Positions 52,457 to 64,000 of a stretch of 64,000 bases of DNA are shown piece after piece. Below the pieces are notes generated by a model. That model was not told where the DNA came from and searched no databases. It was given only the letters and a program-made list of their open reading frames with translations. The stretch is from the NCBI GenBank assembly GCA_965203295.1, contig CBDBCZ010000018.1:2176001-2240000 (forward strand). The letters run 5' to 3'. The DNA is from Nitrospirales bacterium (GTDB lineage Bacteria; Nitrospirota; Nitrospiria; Nitrospirales; UBA8639). Numbering within the stretch: the stretch's first letter is position 1; every line of letters starts with the position of its first letter. The position numbers and the translations under genes were made by a program.

Positions 52457-53448
52457 GTATAGCTTAGAGCACGGGCAGCTATGTTCTAACTAGGCCGAGG
52501 CGAAGCCGAGGTCTAGTTAGAACACAGAGCTGCCCATGCTCTGAGCCATTTAGTATATGCACATCTTCAGCTTCTTATGCTCTATGGGATTCTTACTATC
52601 TATTATTACGCCTGGTTGTGTCCGTGTGTTCGTTCGTCCGTTCGTTCGTTCGTCCATCCATGCGTACGTGTGAAAAACGGAAACGGAAGCCGCATGCGTG
52701 CGCTCCCGGATGAACTTTCACCTGTGACCAGAGAAGTTCACGGTCACAGGTCAAAGTACCACGTGTCTGTATTTAAGTGCGAGATGATGCTAGCTCTTTC
52801 CAGCGACTACAAGCCGTTGTTTCACGATGTCAGGCACTTTTTCACAAAGAATAGTGGCGGTATAGTGAAAGCCAAGCAGAGATAGCTATAACTGCTGTGC
52901 TAGGCTAACCACATCGATGTGCATTAAATGGAGTCGGTGCCGTTCGCCTGAGCTGCATGTAGCCTGTGGTATAGCTAGGCTACAGTGCTAGCTTACCTTT
53001 GAGGTCTAGCAGCTGTTTGTAGTCTCTCCTCTGAGTCACTGCCTCCGGTAGAATGTGGTGTGCACATTTACTGACATTGAACTTTTCTTATTATGTATGA
53101 ACATGCAAGTAGTCATGCTGAGAATAGAATCTGCCATTCACTTACACGATACACTAGGCCATGGCTGTGAAGAGCGAGGCTATAGTCCTATACTGATTAC
53201 AGTTTATTGTAATCTTCTCTGTAACACTGTCTCCACGTTTCAGTCTGCCAGCAACACTACTAGCTAAATGTACCCTACAAACCAACAAATCACATGCAGA
53301 TTACATGTTTAATCTGCATCTGTACAGAGCGAGTGCAGCGAGCGAGTTCAACACACACAAGTAGTTGTGCAAGCGAAGCAAGCACAACTACTTGTATTCT
53401 ATGAAAATTATTCCATGCACTTGTTACAATAGTAACATAATATACTAA
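52457..53448. mobile_element. ~990-bp composite insertion present only in copy 2, with two GCGAAGC-capped hairpins
   Basis: Copy 1 reads GCACTCTTTTTTAATG; copy 2 reads GCACTCTTT-[insert]-TTTAATG. Hairpins at 52462-52546 and 53357-53395. Confidence 0.8.
52599..53394 (+). mobile_element. Possible non-autonomous Helitron nested in the insertion
   Basis: A|TCTATTATTA start followed by a (GTYC)n tract (~52620-52660). The 3' hairpin ends CTTG|T rather than canonical CTRR|T. Confidence 0.4.
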
Positions 53449-55518
53449 TTTAATGTTGGACTTCAACCTCGGTTTATTACAAAATTCTTATACTATGTTT
53501 GTAAGTCCTCAGCAGTAGTAGTTACATTAGACCCCCACTCTTATTAACATCATTCTTAATAGTTATTCCAATCCCAGCTTTATCTAATTGATAGATAAAT
53601 ACAAGTCTATCCATACAGTTCGATATAAACACGTGTTTAGAACCCACATACATGCCAGCCCTCGGTGGCAATGGAGTGTTTGACTCTATTAAAAATGGTG
53701 GGCCTTACCCTGTTAAATAAGAAAGGGTGGAGAGTAGAAACCACTTTTGGTATAACTATCAGGTACCCAAATTTAGAGTCGGATTTAGCAATTGTTAAGC
53801 CCTGTAAATCACTAGATTGCAATTTTTTCATTGTACAGACAGACGACAGACAGACAGACAGAACCAATTGCTTAACCTTGCCGCATATGCATGGGGTAAA
53901 AATGGAAAATAGAATAGGTGACATACTACGTACAACCCTGTTCCACCCCTGGCCTATATCTGATTTTTCTCCATCCAAGGCCAGAAATGTGGCTTATGGC
54001 TTATGTTATGGTTAGGAGTAGGTGGGCCTTACCCTGAGCATGCAAACTTAAGGTTCTGTGATGTGCCAGTGAATATGTATTGTCATAGGAGGGCATCTAC
54101 ATAATTACAAAGAGAAACTGAGCTAAACAAGTCAGCTGCCACGTGAATACAGCTACATGCTAAGAGCAGAACAAACAAGAGCATATACATACAAAGAAAG
54201 TGACCAGGGTACAGTGAAATGTCCAGTTCGCAGTTTTTGAATCAAACAGACGACTGGTCAAACGTACACTTTAATAACTTCCACACTATAGATCTATGTG
54301 TGCATTTTAATAGATCAATAATTATATCATGCCAAGTTCATGGAAACTGGAGGGGCATCTTAACCCTGAATTAATTGAAACAGTAGCTATACAATCATGC
54401 CACTCACATGCAAGTTTGATGTAGCTTCCTGACTGCAACAGATTGCATTTATGTCAGTACAGAAATTTGAAATAGCACTGACCTGCGTGGTAGAGGTTTG
54501 CAAAGCTGAAAACTTTATTGTGTAACAGATTGTAATGGGCAAAGGAGTGTTTCTTATATGAAAGGCCTTGCAATTGAAAACATACAACTGTAGAATATTC
54601 ATAGCGTCTGGTTCACTAAAGTAGTTTCAAAAGCCAGCCCACTTACATTCTACAGCATCCATCACTTACAGTATTGGCATGTGGAAGAGACATGTGCTGA
54701 TAGCCTGATGCTGACACTCTTCCACATGCCATGCTGATACTGAAAGTAATCCGTTTGATTCTGTGACTACCACTGAAGTTACCACGTGCCCTTAACAGAG
54801 ACAAGAAAAGTACAAGTGTAGGCCAGTGCAAGTTGCCACCCCACCCATGCCCCACAGCCCATGCACAGGTGACACTCAATCTACTTCCACAACAAATGTA
54901 CACTTGTTTACACAACTGTGTGAACAAACAAATATAACTAGGAGGTAAGATGCAAAAAGCCTTGTGTCAAAGTACCATTGGGTAAGTGTTCTACAAATAC
55001 CTGTCCAATCTTACTAATGCATTGCTTCTGATTTGAAAGTATGTCCACGTATGTAATAGGGCCAATGCTCTGTAAGTATACAAACATACTATCATAAGTA
55101 AAGTACAAAGAACTGAAACAATGACAGCTATTTGGGCTTTGTCAGTGCAGTGATGGTGTGTGTAGCACCTAGAGCTGACCAGCAGCTACATACAGCTCTT
55201 AATTTGACTCACACCAGGAAAGCCTCCATGAATTAAAAGTGAACAAAGGTTTTACTGTAGTTTAGCTTTTCTCTGGTCTCCTAATCCTCCAATTACAATA
55301 GAAAAACTACTGATAAACATGATTTGCTAAATCAACCCAAAAAGTTAGCAACACCCAACAGCCAGACACTGAAGCCAGACACACTAATTTTTTCCAGCCC
55401 AGTTGCTAGGGTAGGCTAAGGTACCCCAGTGGTTATTGATAATGACAAGATCATCATTGCAAGACATGTCCAACTACCTCTGTGATTGCACAGCAACATG
55501 ACTGTTTTCCAAGAGCGC

Positions 55519-55550
<32 letters not shown>

Positions 55551-58500
55551 ATATGCACTCATGCTTTTGACAGATATTGGTATTGTCATTACCACGGATC
55601 AGCAGCTGTTTGATAGAGATTCCTTAAGACCCAGTTACTCACTTATTGGTTCAATAAAGTGACACCTGTTAATTCCAAGTTTCAGCTAACTGTGAGACAT
55701 GATCCAGCATTGTTCTCAGCTGCTGGTCGACACTAGCTACCAGGAATCCAATACCTGATTCTGTGAAAGTGTTTAGCCAACTACGTACATTGTCTACTAT
55801 TGCCCCTACGAACAAACTGGTGTGCTTTATTTTAACATTTCTAATTACCTACATAGACAGTTATGTGTATCTCTTATAGCTTCGAATCAAGGCTACGTAT
55901 ATCTCTTACCTGTGCTCTCCCAGTTCCTTTACTTCATGTGCTTGATTCATTCTTCCCAGCTCCCTGGGATATTGGGGGTATCATCAAATGTGCTGGGAAG
56001 GAGTCAATAGTTCCACCTGTACAATGTGAAGACACAGCTACTGTACACACTGCCTAGTTCAAGAAAGTGCTGCAGTAACAATAGATCAATTAGCGATAAA
56101 CATTTGTGACTTTCCTGATAAGGAATATAAACGGAGCTGATCTGCTTGGCTGAGTCAGCCATCTCCTATGCTTATGCATTACATGCATAACTTGTCCTAA
56201 TATCGCTAGGGTCAAAATAGCTTTCCGACCACATTCAATAGTGTAATGCCTCTAATTACCTGGGTCCTCACATCACCTTTCTATAAAAGCTAATAATCAA
56301 CCCTTGTCTCTGATGTTTGAAAATACTCTCCCTTATCCAAACTACCTCATACAAGACTATCAACAGATTAGCCATTCTTTTTCCCCATACTTAAAAAACT
56401 CCCCAACTAGTCCATCATTACCTCCCGTTTTATTACTTTTAAGAACACTTTTTGAGCATTCAAACTTAAGGTTCTGTGATGTGCTAGTGAATATGTCATA
56501 AGAGGGTATGTACATACATTTACAAAGAGAAACTGAGCTAAACAAGTCAGTTGCCACATGATTACAGTTACGTACATGCTAAGAGCTGGACAAACAAGAG
56601 CATATATGTACGAAGAAAGTGACAAGGGTATAGTGAAATGTCAAGTTCGCAGTTTTTGAATCAAACAGACGACTGGTCAAACGTACAATTTAATAACTTC
56701 CACACAATGTATGTGTGCATTTTAATACATGAGTATGTTGTTTAGTAATTATAAACCAACAAGTCACCCATAGAGGTGGTCTTTCAAGAGTTCCAGTGTT
56801 ACTCTAAGCTTTTGTTGGGCTACATTGGGATACACACAAGCTGCAAAGCAACAGACCTACATTTGCATAGTTCTAGTCACTTGGAAGGCACCACCACAGT
56901 GTACAAACTCCATCTACTTTGGCAGTGCCTTTCAAGCCAGGGTATACACATCCATATACCCTAGGGTACATGAGGGTTGCTGGGCAACTGTGATAGTCTG
57001 TTCTACAAACTGTGAAACAATTAGCTGGCAAACCAGTTCATATGGGAAAATTAAGCTGTAGACTACTTCTTATTACATTCAGTAGAGTTATTCTAAGGTA
57101 GCTGACTCATAGTACTACACATGTTTCCATAGTAAGCACCAAACTAGAGCAAGCATATAATGCAATCTCTGGTTTTGGTAGTTACATGCACTTGCTAGTT
57201 AATAGAAATATTATATATTATATCTATTGTTATTCGGAACAACTGGAATCAAGATAGCCAGGATCATAAGGCAACGTTACATGTATTTTATTACGATGTA
57301 TATTCTGACTTGTATTACTATAATTACACGCATTCCTGCAATTTTTCTTTACGATTAATTACTAAACTTATGTAAGACAATTGTGAGGAATCTGACAAAC
57401 GTTTTGCAAGGTTCTTACACCAGATCTTGCAGTAGTCTCGATACGCGAGGCTAATCTTGCAGGACTTCCCTATGAGCCTAGCAAGAATTCACACAAGATT
57501 TTAATGCCTACCATCTTGCAAGATTTTTGTTGCAAGATGAGAAATCTTGCTAGGGCAGAATGCCTACTGTCATCTTAGTTCTCATGCAGCTACAACATAT
57601 AGCTCACCAGGCCTGGCAGAATTTTTCCAGCACTGTCTCTGGCATTCGACATAGGCAAATTATGGGCGCACTCCCACTTTTCAGACATCGCAGCTGTGGT
57701 TGAAAGGTAGATATAAGCGCAGTCTGGCGTAGCTAGCTCTTCGCGAGCTCCATGTAGTTCCGAGTTCTCGCAGCAGCGCTCAGCGTTACGCGCCGCGCAC
57801 GAAGTCACATGTGGCGCATATGCGCTTGTAGTTAATCCCAGCATAGCTACAATAACCAATGGTTATGCATGGTTATTGCATTTACTAGTGATACACAATG
57901 TGCAGGGATGTCCTCGCTTCGCGAGAATTGCTGGGTGTGGCACATATATTGTGGCACGCCTACGAAAAAGGTCAAACGTAACAGGGCACGCCTACAACCC
58001 CAAATAAAAAATGGCTACGTACAATAATGCGCCTGGAAGACCACAGGCTGAAGCAGGTCCGCTGTTATAGTGAGCGCTTCCAAGTTTCTCGTGCAGAGTT
58101 CTGTAACGAAGGTAAGTGTTTTCTGCGAGTTTGATAGGCTATATATCTGGAGAAGTGGCTGGGAGGGACGTGGACCATGACGACGAAAAAGGTCAATGGA
58201 ACCGGAGTATAGCCTCGCTTCGCTCGGAATGATCTCAGCCCCGCCCACTAAGCGCATATAGAATCTGGCGCCGGTGTAAGGGCGATTTGGGGACCCCCGC
58301 GATATGGGGACCCCGTCCCAAAAACGCTAGCGATGTGAGGACCCCCACGGGCCCTATTTCGCTAGCGGTACGGGGATCCCGTACCGCTATGTATGTACAA
58401 TTCTCATTCTGTTATCAGCATCTCAGCTAGAGTTGCCAAACTACAGATCACCTGCTTAAAGGTTAGTAAAGTAATTACTCAGGTTCTCTTTTTGGCACTT

Positions 58501-61096
58501 GGTTGTGAAGTTGTTAAGATTAGCAAAGGCATGTCACTGATACCTGTCTTCCTCGTAGTCTCGCGAGCCAGCGAGGGGCTGGCTCACGAGACTATCTTCC
58601 TATACTAGTACTAATACTATGAACCAGATTCCTTAACCAGCATTAGATAGCAGTTATTGCTATGTTGATAGAAGGGCTTCCAAAGATCTAGGTTCCATGC
58701 TCTAAGGGAAAATTATTTACAAGCATAGACAGTAGAGTACTATAACCCATCATAACCAAGCAGTCTAAACGATAAGCCAGGTAGCATTTATATATTGATT
58801 GGAGTTCTCTTTCCACCAACCATGAATTTGGCGTCTCAAAACTTTCATTGTCAAAGGAATGCTGACTTTTTAACTGCTGTGCTGCTGTCTTCATCAGGGC
58901 AGACATCAATACAGTAGCTACAGGCCAAACCAAAAGCAAAGAATGCAAAGTCTTCGGGATTAGTCTAGCCTACTCAGCTCCTAGAAGGGAAGCCCTAGCC
59001 TCATACCTAGGCCTTCCCTGCACTCGCGAAAGTGCGGGGAAGGCCTGGGTACAAGGCTAGTTATGCCCAGTATTCTTATTTATTCTCAAATAGATTTGGT
59101 ATTCAGAAACAGGAGTACCTTTTCCTTCTCTTCAACTGCGAACTGGATGGTGGGATGTATACCATTGAGTAGTCTCGGTACCAGCCCACCTATCAAGTCG
59201 GAGATCGCTTACAGTATCCCGCCACTAAGCGATCTCCGACTTGATAGGTGGGCTGGTACCGAGACTAACCATTGAGATGGTAGTAAATGTTTTGTAGCAT
59301 TATAGCACACTGAATAATAAAAGTTTTAAAGAAATCATTTAAAAATGAAAGAGCATGTAGGGATGGAATCGCAAAAAAGTAACCAAACAAGGTAGCAATG
59401 ACACAACAGAGCTTGATTCTACACCCCCATCCCTAACCCTGCATGAATACAATTAGTGCCTGGCATGCCCGTATTTTACTTCTGAACTCTTGTGTCCAAG
59501 TGACAGGTAACAACATACATAGAAAGCATTCACATACAGCATTCAACTACAGCAATAAAAGAACATAGGTAAAACAATATCACTTATCAGATGATAAGGG
59601 CACATGTATCTGACATGTTCATTTCACTTCCAACCTACACAGAAATAATCAAATGTGTTACTATATATACACAATATGTTATAGCTAAACCATCCCCTAG
59701 ACACTTTTACCAGTAATCAGGAGACTGTTCCAGGTAAACCAGCAATACATGAGACACTTTTAGTAATGGTCCCAAGGCTCATGGCATGAGTTACGAGAAT
59801 GTTCTAAGTTACAATGAATGTACATATTGCTACACTAGACGAAGTTAAGTGTTTCAGCAAATTACAAATTCTGTCCATAGTGGCTATCTTGCCATAATAC
59901 ATGTCTGTACTATTTTCCGACCATAAGCAACACTTAATTCTACTCATGTGACCTTCAACAGATCAGAAGTATCAAAATCGATCACATGAGTGTGCATTAA
60001 ATTGCTTAGTTCACACATACGTAGTAGCTAATGTAGTATGGTTTGTACACTCTCCCAGAAGCTTCTGAAATAGTTTTCCACAAAAAAAGAAACAAAATAT
60101 AGCTGTCCTGGGCAAAGTCCACGACAACTATAACTTAGTACCAGCTGGGATGCACTTCATGTTTATCTGGGTGGTAAAAACTACAAATAGTGCTCCCAGA
60201 ATAGATCGGTTTAATATTATATACACAAACATAGCACAACCTACCAACTAGCATAAGTCTTTCAGACTCAAGTAGTTCCGGGGAATCTTTCAGCCTGCAT
60301 GTACATGTAGATGAACGGCACTGACTTTATTTTATGCACGTCTAGCATAGCAGTTACGGCTGTGCACGGTTTACACTTACAGTATCGTGCAATCATGGTT
60401 TATTAGTGGACGTCACATCCGTTACACACGCACAGGCGCACACAGAACCAAATGTAAAGTATAGATGCATACCTCATTCTGGAGCTACTGTGCTACACTG
60501 ACCGTATTCTCTGTCGGCATCTATAGTTTGCTTCTTATATGACATAATTTAGACACACTTCCAAGTTAAAATTCCCACTATCAGATTGTGTACATGTTGT
60601 CATTAAATAAGTTACCTTCGCAGAAGTGAAATGCTGTTTTCATTTACTGCTTCTCCATCAGATAACACAGTTGACTTTTGCGGTGATTGTACTGTCAGAG
60701 GCAGAAGAATGAATGACTGTGCACGACTCCTACAGTGGGAATCAATGGTTGTACACTGCACTACTATGTATTCCAGCAACCCCAGCAAGCTTCCTCTGTA
60801 GTTACTACTACATGGTGATCTTTATCAAGGCAGTTACTACAAAAGCACTATTGTGTATCAACTGCCTGATGTACAGGCACCCCAAAATCAGAGCAACAAT
60901 CTAGGATAAAAAGGTGTAATTTCTTACCCTAACATGCAATGTTTGCAGGAAGAACTTAAGACTAGAAAAAACTAAGCACACGATATGTAATTCTAGATAA
61001 CATGTAGATTAAGCTAAAAACAATATATTATACCTACCATATGAGGTGCACTGATAGTTGCATGATAACCTAATGAAAAAAAACATGAGCATTATG

Positions 61097-61120
61097 TAGC
61101 CTCGAACCCAGCCGTCTCTG
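61097..61120 (+). mobile_element. TAGCCTCG-type left terminus at the end of duplication copy 2
   Basis: TAGCCTCGAACCCAGCCGTCTC starts at the first base where homology with copy 1 ends. Confidence 0.55.
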
Positions 61121-61814
61121 GCAATGGTCAAGAGATTGTTATATTAATAGTTTTGCGGGTAGTGCCACATACGTAAAAGTAGCAGATCTTCAATTAATTA
61201 ATATTGTTCTTGCACTATGAACATACAAGCATCCATGTCAAATGCCGAAGTCACAAGTGAATGCACACACCTACATAGCTATAGGATGCACTCTTAATAG
61301 CCTGTCTGCTTGTGTATCTGTACTTTTCTTGTGCATTAAGTACATCATTGCATAGCGAGTACAATAGAAGCTACTGAAAGTTTGTAGGCCAATTAGCTAC
61401 ATCAGCTTAGTTTCCTAGATAGTGAAGAAGATTTGGAAGCCCACCATGAGTTAGCAGTTCCACTAAATTTAGTTGAGACAGCCTAACAAAACACTTCCGT
61501 TTACGGCAACATACATTTGCAAGTTGACTGTCCATAGGAGAAGGCAAATACGTTTGCAAGTTGGCTGTCCACAGGAGAAGGTAAATAGGCAGTGGCTCTC
61601 AAATATTTAACTAGGTTAGGCTGTCGGAATCAAAGGCTAACAGTTACTGCGTACACATACACTGGGAACAGTTCACCTGCCATAGGAAAGTGATGAGCAG
61701 GAGGTAGTTCGTGACCCACCGAGGGATTAGGGGTTTGGGCCTGCATGAGGAAAAAAGCATGGAAGATTTACATCTGATTCACAGAGTGCCTCTATCACTG
61801 TACCTACACACGCA

Positions 61815-61890
61815 GTGTGTGTGGTATGTGTGTGTGTGTGTGTGTGTGTGTGAGTGTGTGTGTGTGTGTGAGTGTGTGTGTGTGTGTGTG
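61815..61890. repeat. Interrupted (TG)n microsatellite
   Basis: TG run with TGAG and GTAT interruptions. Confidence 0.97.
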
Positions 61891-62173
61891 CATGCTATGT
61901 ACAATCCTCCACACCATTGACGATTGGTGTGCTGATATGACAAGCAATCACAGATTTGTATAGTAAATCTAGATATCTGCAGCTGGTTGGTATTTTCTTT
62001 CTACTTTTCTAGTAGTCGCATTCCCAGACAGACCTAAAATCTTGTTTTAGGAAGGGCGAGGGTACATACATGAGCATGTATGTATGTATAATATGCAAAC
62101 TTAACAAGTACGTGCACACCTACATTGTTAAGTATATGTGTAAAGTAGGCATCTAATCTGAAATGATACTTAC

Positions 62174-63928
62174 AAAGGCTTCAAAGCTGTTTCTCAGTAG
62201 GGTTCCTGAACTAAACATGGGCTTAACTCCCTTCAAGAATAGTATGGGGAAGGCAAGAGTAACAATTCCCCACCCTCAAGAGAGTTATAAGAAGGTGTAA
62301 TTTCCATATAGGCCTGTGGTGTAGATAAGCATGCGGCGAGCTCAGTCAGGCTCACCCTGATGTTGTGTTAGCCTCGAATCCTGGGTTTGAGGCTGCATGA
62401 TGTCGTATGGCAGTCATCTCGAATATGTATTACATACATGTAGCTAAGTATTTGCTAAAAGAGAGTCTTTTCATTGTCTTATAATCTTCCAATTATGTGG
62501 TTAAGCCTAACAAGAATGATGTCTACTTACGTATGTGTAGGATTTCAATAGTTTCCTGGTCTCCCAACATTAGAGGGTTTGGTGGAGCAATTTTTTCTGG
62601 CTGCTAACGTACTACGGGTCTTCCACTGTCACACAATATTGGGGTAGTATACTAGCAGTAGGGGAGCCTGGTCAAAGTTATCTATCATGTACACATTGAC
62701 GTTCGATATGAGATCCTAAATGCATGGTCTGTGTGAGGTGTGCTATTGCTCTAAAACTGTACAATGGTGGACCAGCAAAGAGCTAGTTGAGTTTGCTGGT
62801 GTTTTCTTGTCAGCTGAGATCGTGCTTTAATTTATGTTTTCAAGTGAGTGTATAGGCTTTGAAGTGGACTCTACTGGCCACCCATTCCAGCAAACAGACG
62901 TATCTACAGTCTGGTGTCAACACTCTCGGTGTCAAGTGTCATTGCTTGAATTAATACTGACCAGCTGCAGGTTCTCCCTCTCATAACATATAGTATACTG
63001 CATAGCAGGAAATTTTCACCAGCAAATTTTTACCAAAGCCAGCAGTATATAAATTTGCCTGATTAGTAAATGTATTTGTGTAGGCCTACAGATTGGGTGA
63101 AACTAAATTCCTGGACTAAAGCATTTACCCCTTTCGAACACTCATGTGCGAGCATGAAAGTCGAGCAGCTGCAGCATCCCCTCTTGATTCCTCCAAGCTT
63201 TCTCTCTCTTATCACTACAGAGGGAATGCTGTTTTATGTGACATTCAATGTAATATCGTATGGTGCCAAATTTGTGCAGTTTGGTCATTAAGCATTTCAC
63301 AAAAATAAAGTGCTATGTACATGTACGTACAATTTCTCTATCAAAAATATCTGTACAATTAGATCTATACGACACCATTTCTTTATGGTTCAACAGGTGT
63401 GGTAGGAATTAAATTTGGCGGCATGGTCACTGGCCAAACCACCAAATTTTCTGGCTATAATATTATGGTATTCATTGAGAGTATATAGACAAACTTACTG
63501 TCTCCTCTTCCTGGTCTTGACTCCTGATAGAAAAGAGTAAACTTCAATTATGTACTTACAGCATACCTACAAGTGTACACTACATAATAATTATCCTGCA
63601 CTCAAGGTCAAAATCCATGTTTAAATGATAGCCAGAAACAAAGTAACATTGACTACACACCTCTACCACCATTGTCATACATACAGTTTGGATATCTGTA
63701 GTGGCTATTACATCCAGCATCTAAGCAAAGCATTCATCTAGATATTACACTTATACATATGCATGATTACAGGTGTATACATAGCCGTGAGAGTAGCACG
63801 GTAGCAAACCTCTTACCCGTAGCTTTAGCCACACATCAAGGTAGGATGCCAGTCCTTTGGCATCATCTGCATTATCACCTTGAGAGCAAAATGCTATGAG
63901 AGTCACCAGACCAAGTCCTACTGCAGAG
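62174..63928 (-). pseudogene. Possible multi-exon gene remnant, product unknown
   Basis: AG...GTAAG-bounded minus-strand segments: 63817-63928 (SAVGLGLVTLIAFCSQGDNADDAKGLASYLDVWLKLR), 62531-62603 (QPEKIAPPNPLMLGDQETIEILHI) and 62174-62313 (contains stops; GWGIVTLAFPILFLKGVKPMF). No family recognised. Confidence 0.25.
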
Positions 63929-64000
63929 CTGTAGAGAGATATTAAGATATACATGTACTCTATATTCTGTCGATACGATCAGCACCTAAAGCCCTTTCCA

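Noticed and set aside
53637..54015. 113-aa and 116-aa ORFs as genes
   Set aside because: They span a LINE fragment fused to a Helentron-like insert, and the paralogue at 41.6-42.0 kb has no equivalent ORF in the track.
62369..62395. Right TIR partner of the 61097 terminus
   Set aside because: Not followed by AGCATTATG or copy-1 sequence. It has its own left TAGCCTCG, so it is more likely a separate decayed micro-element without a clean TSD.
62995..63465. Intact second Tc1/mariner MITE
   Set aside because: Only degenerate TIR-like scraps related to 49692-50149; ends and TA flanks not convincing.

Overview
Eukaryotic, repeat-dominated window, probably from an invertebrate metazoan (inferred from repeat content). 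I found no intact protein-coding gene. (1) Bases 1-36991 are a complex AT-rich satellite built from an 85-bp (S) and a 163-bp (L) monomer that share a ~40-bp core. The monomers form irregular multi-kb higher-order blocks, and divergent ~177-186-bp monomers lie at the right edge. A 639-bp TTAA-flanked piggyBac-like MITE interrupts the array, apparent transposon footprints (TACATGTA, TTAATTAA) sit inside it, and it ends at a TTAA followed by a second piggyBac-like end. (2) Bases 37-64 kb are a transposon graveyard: a tRNA-headed SINE between (TG)n tracts, decayed non-LTR reverse-transcriptase fragments, Helentron/Helitron-like elements, a Tc1/mariner-type MITE, fold-back elements with GCGAAGC mini-hairpins, and very small (21-98 bp) TAG...CTA palindromic elements with 9-bp target duplications (AcademH-like). 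An 8-9 kb direct duplication (40991-49093 / 51910-61096) with a strong identity gradient covers much of this half. All alignments were made by eye, and family names come from recalled terminal and target-site duplication (TSD) signatures, not database searches.
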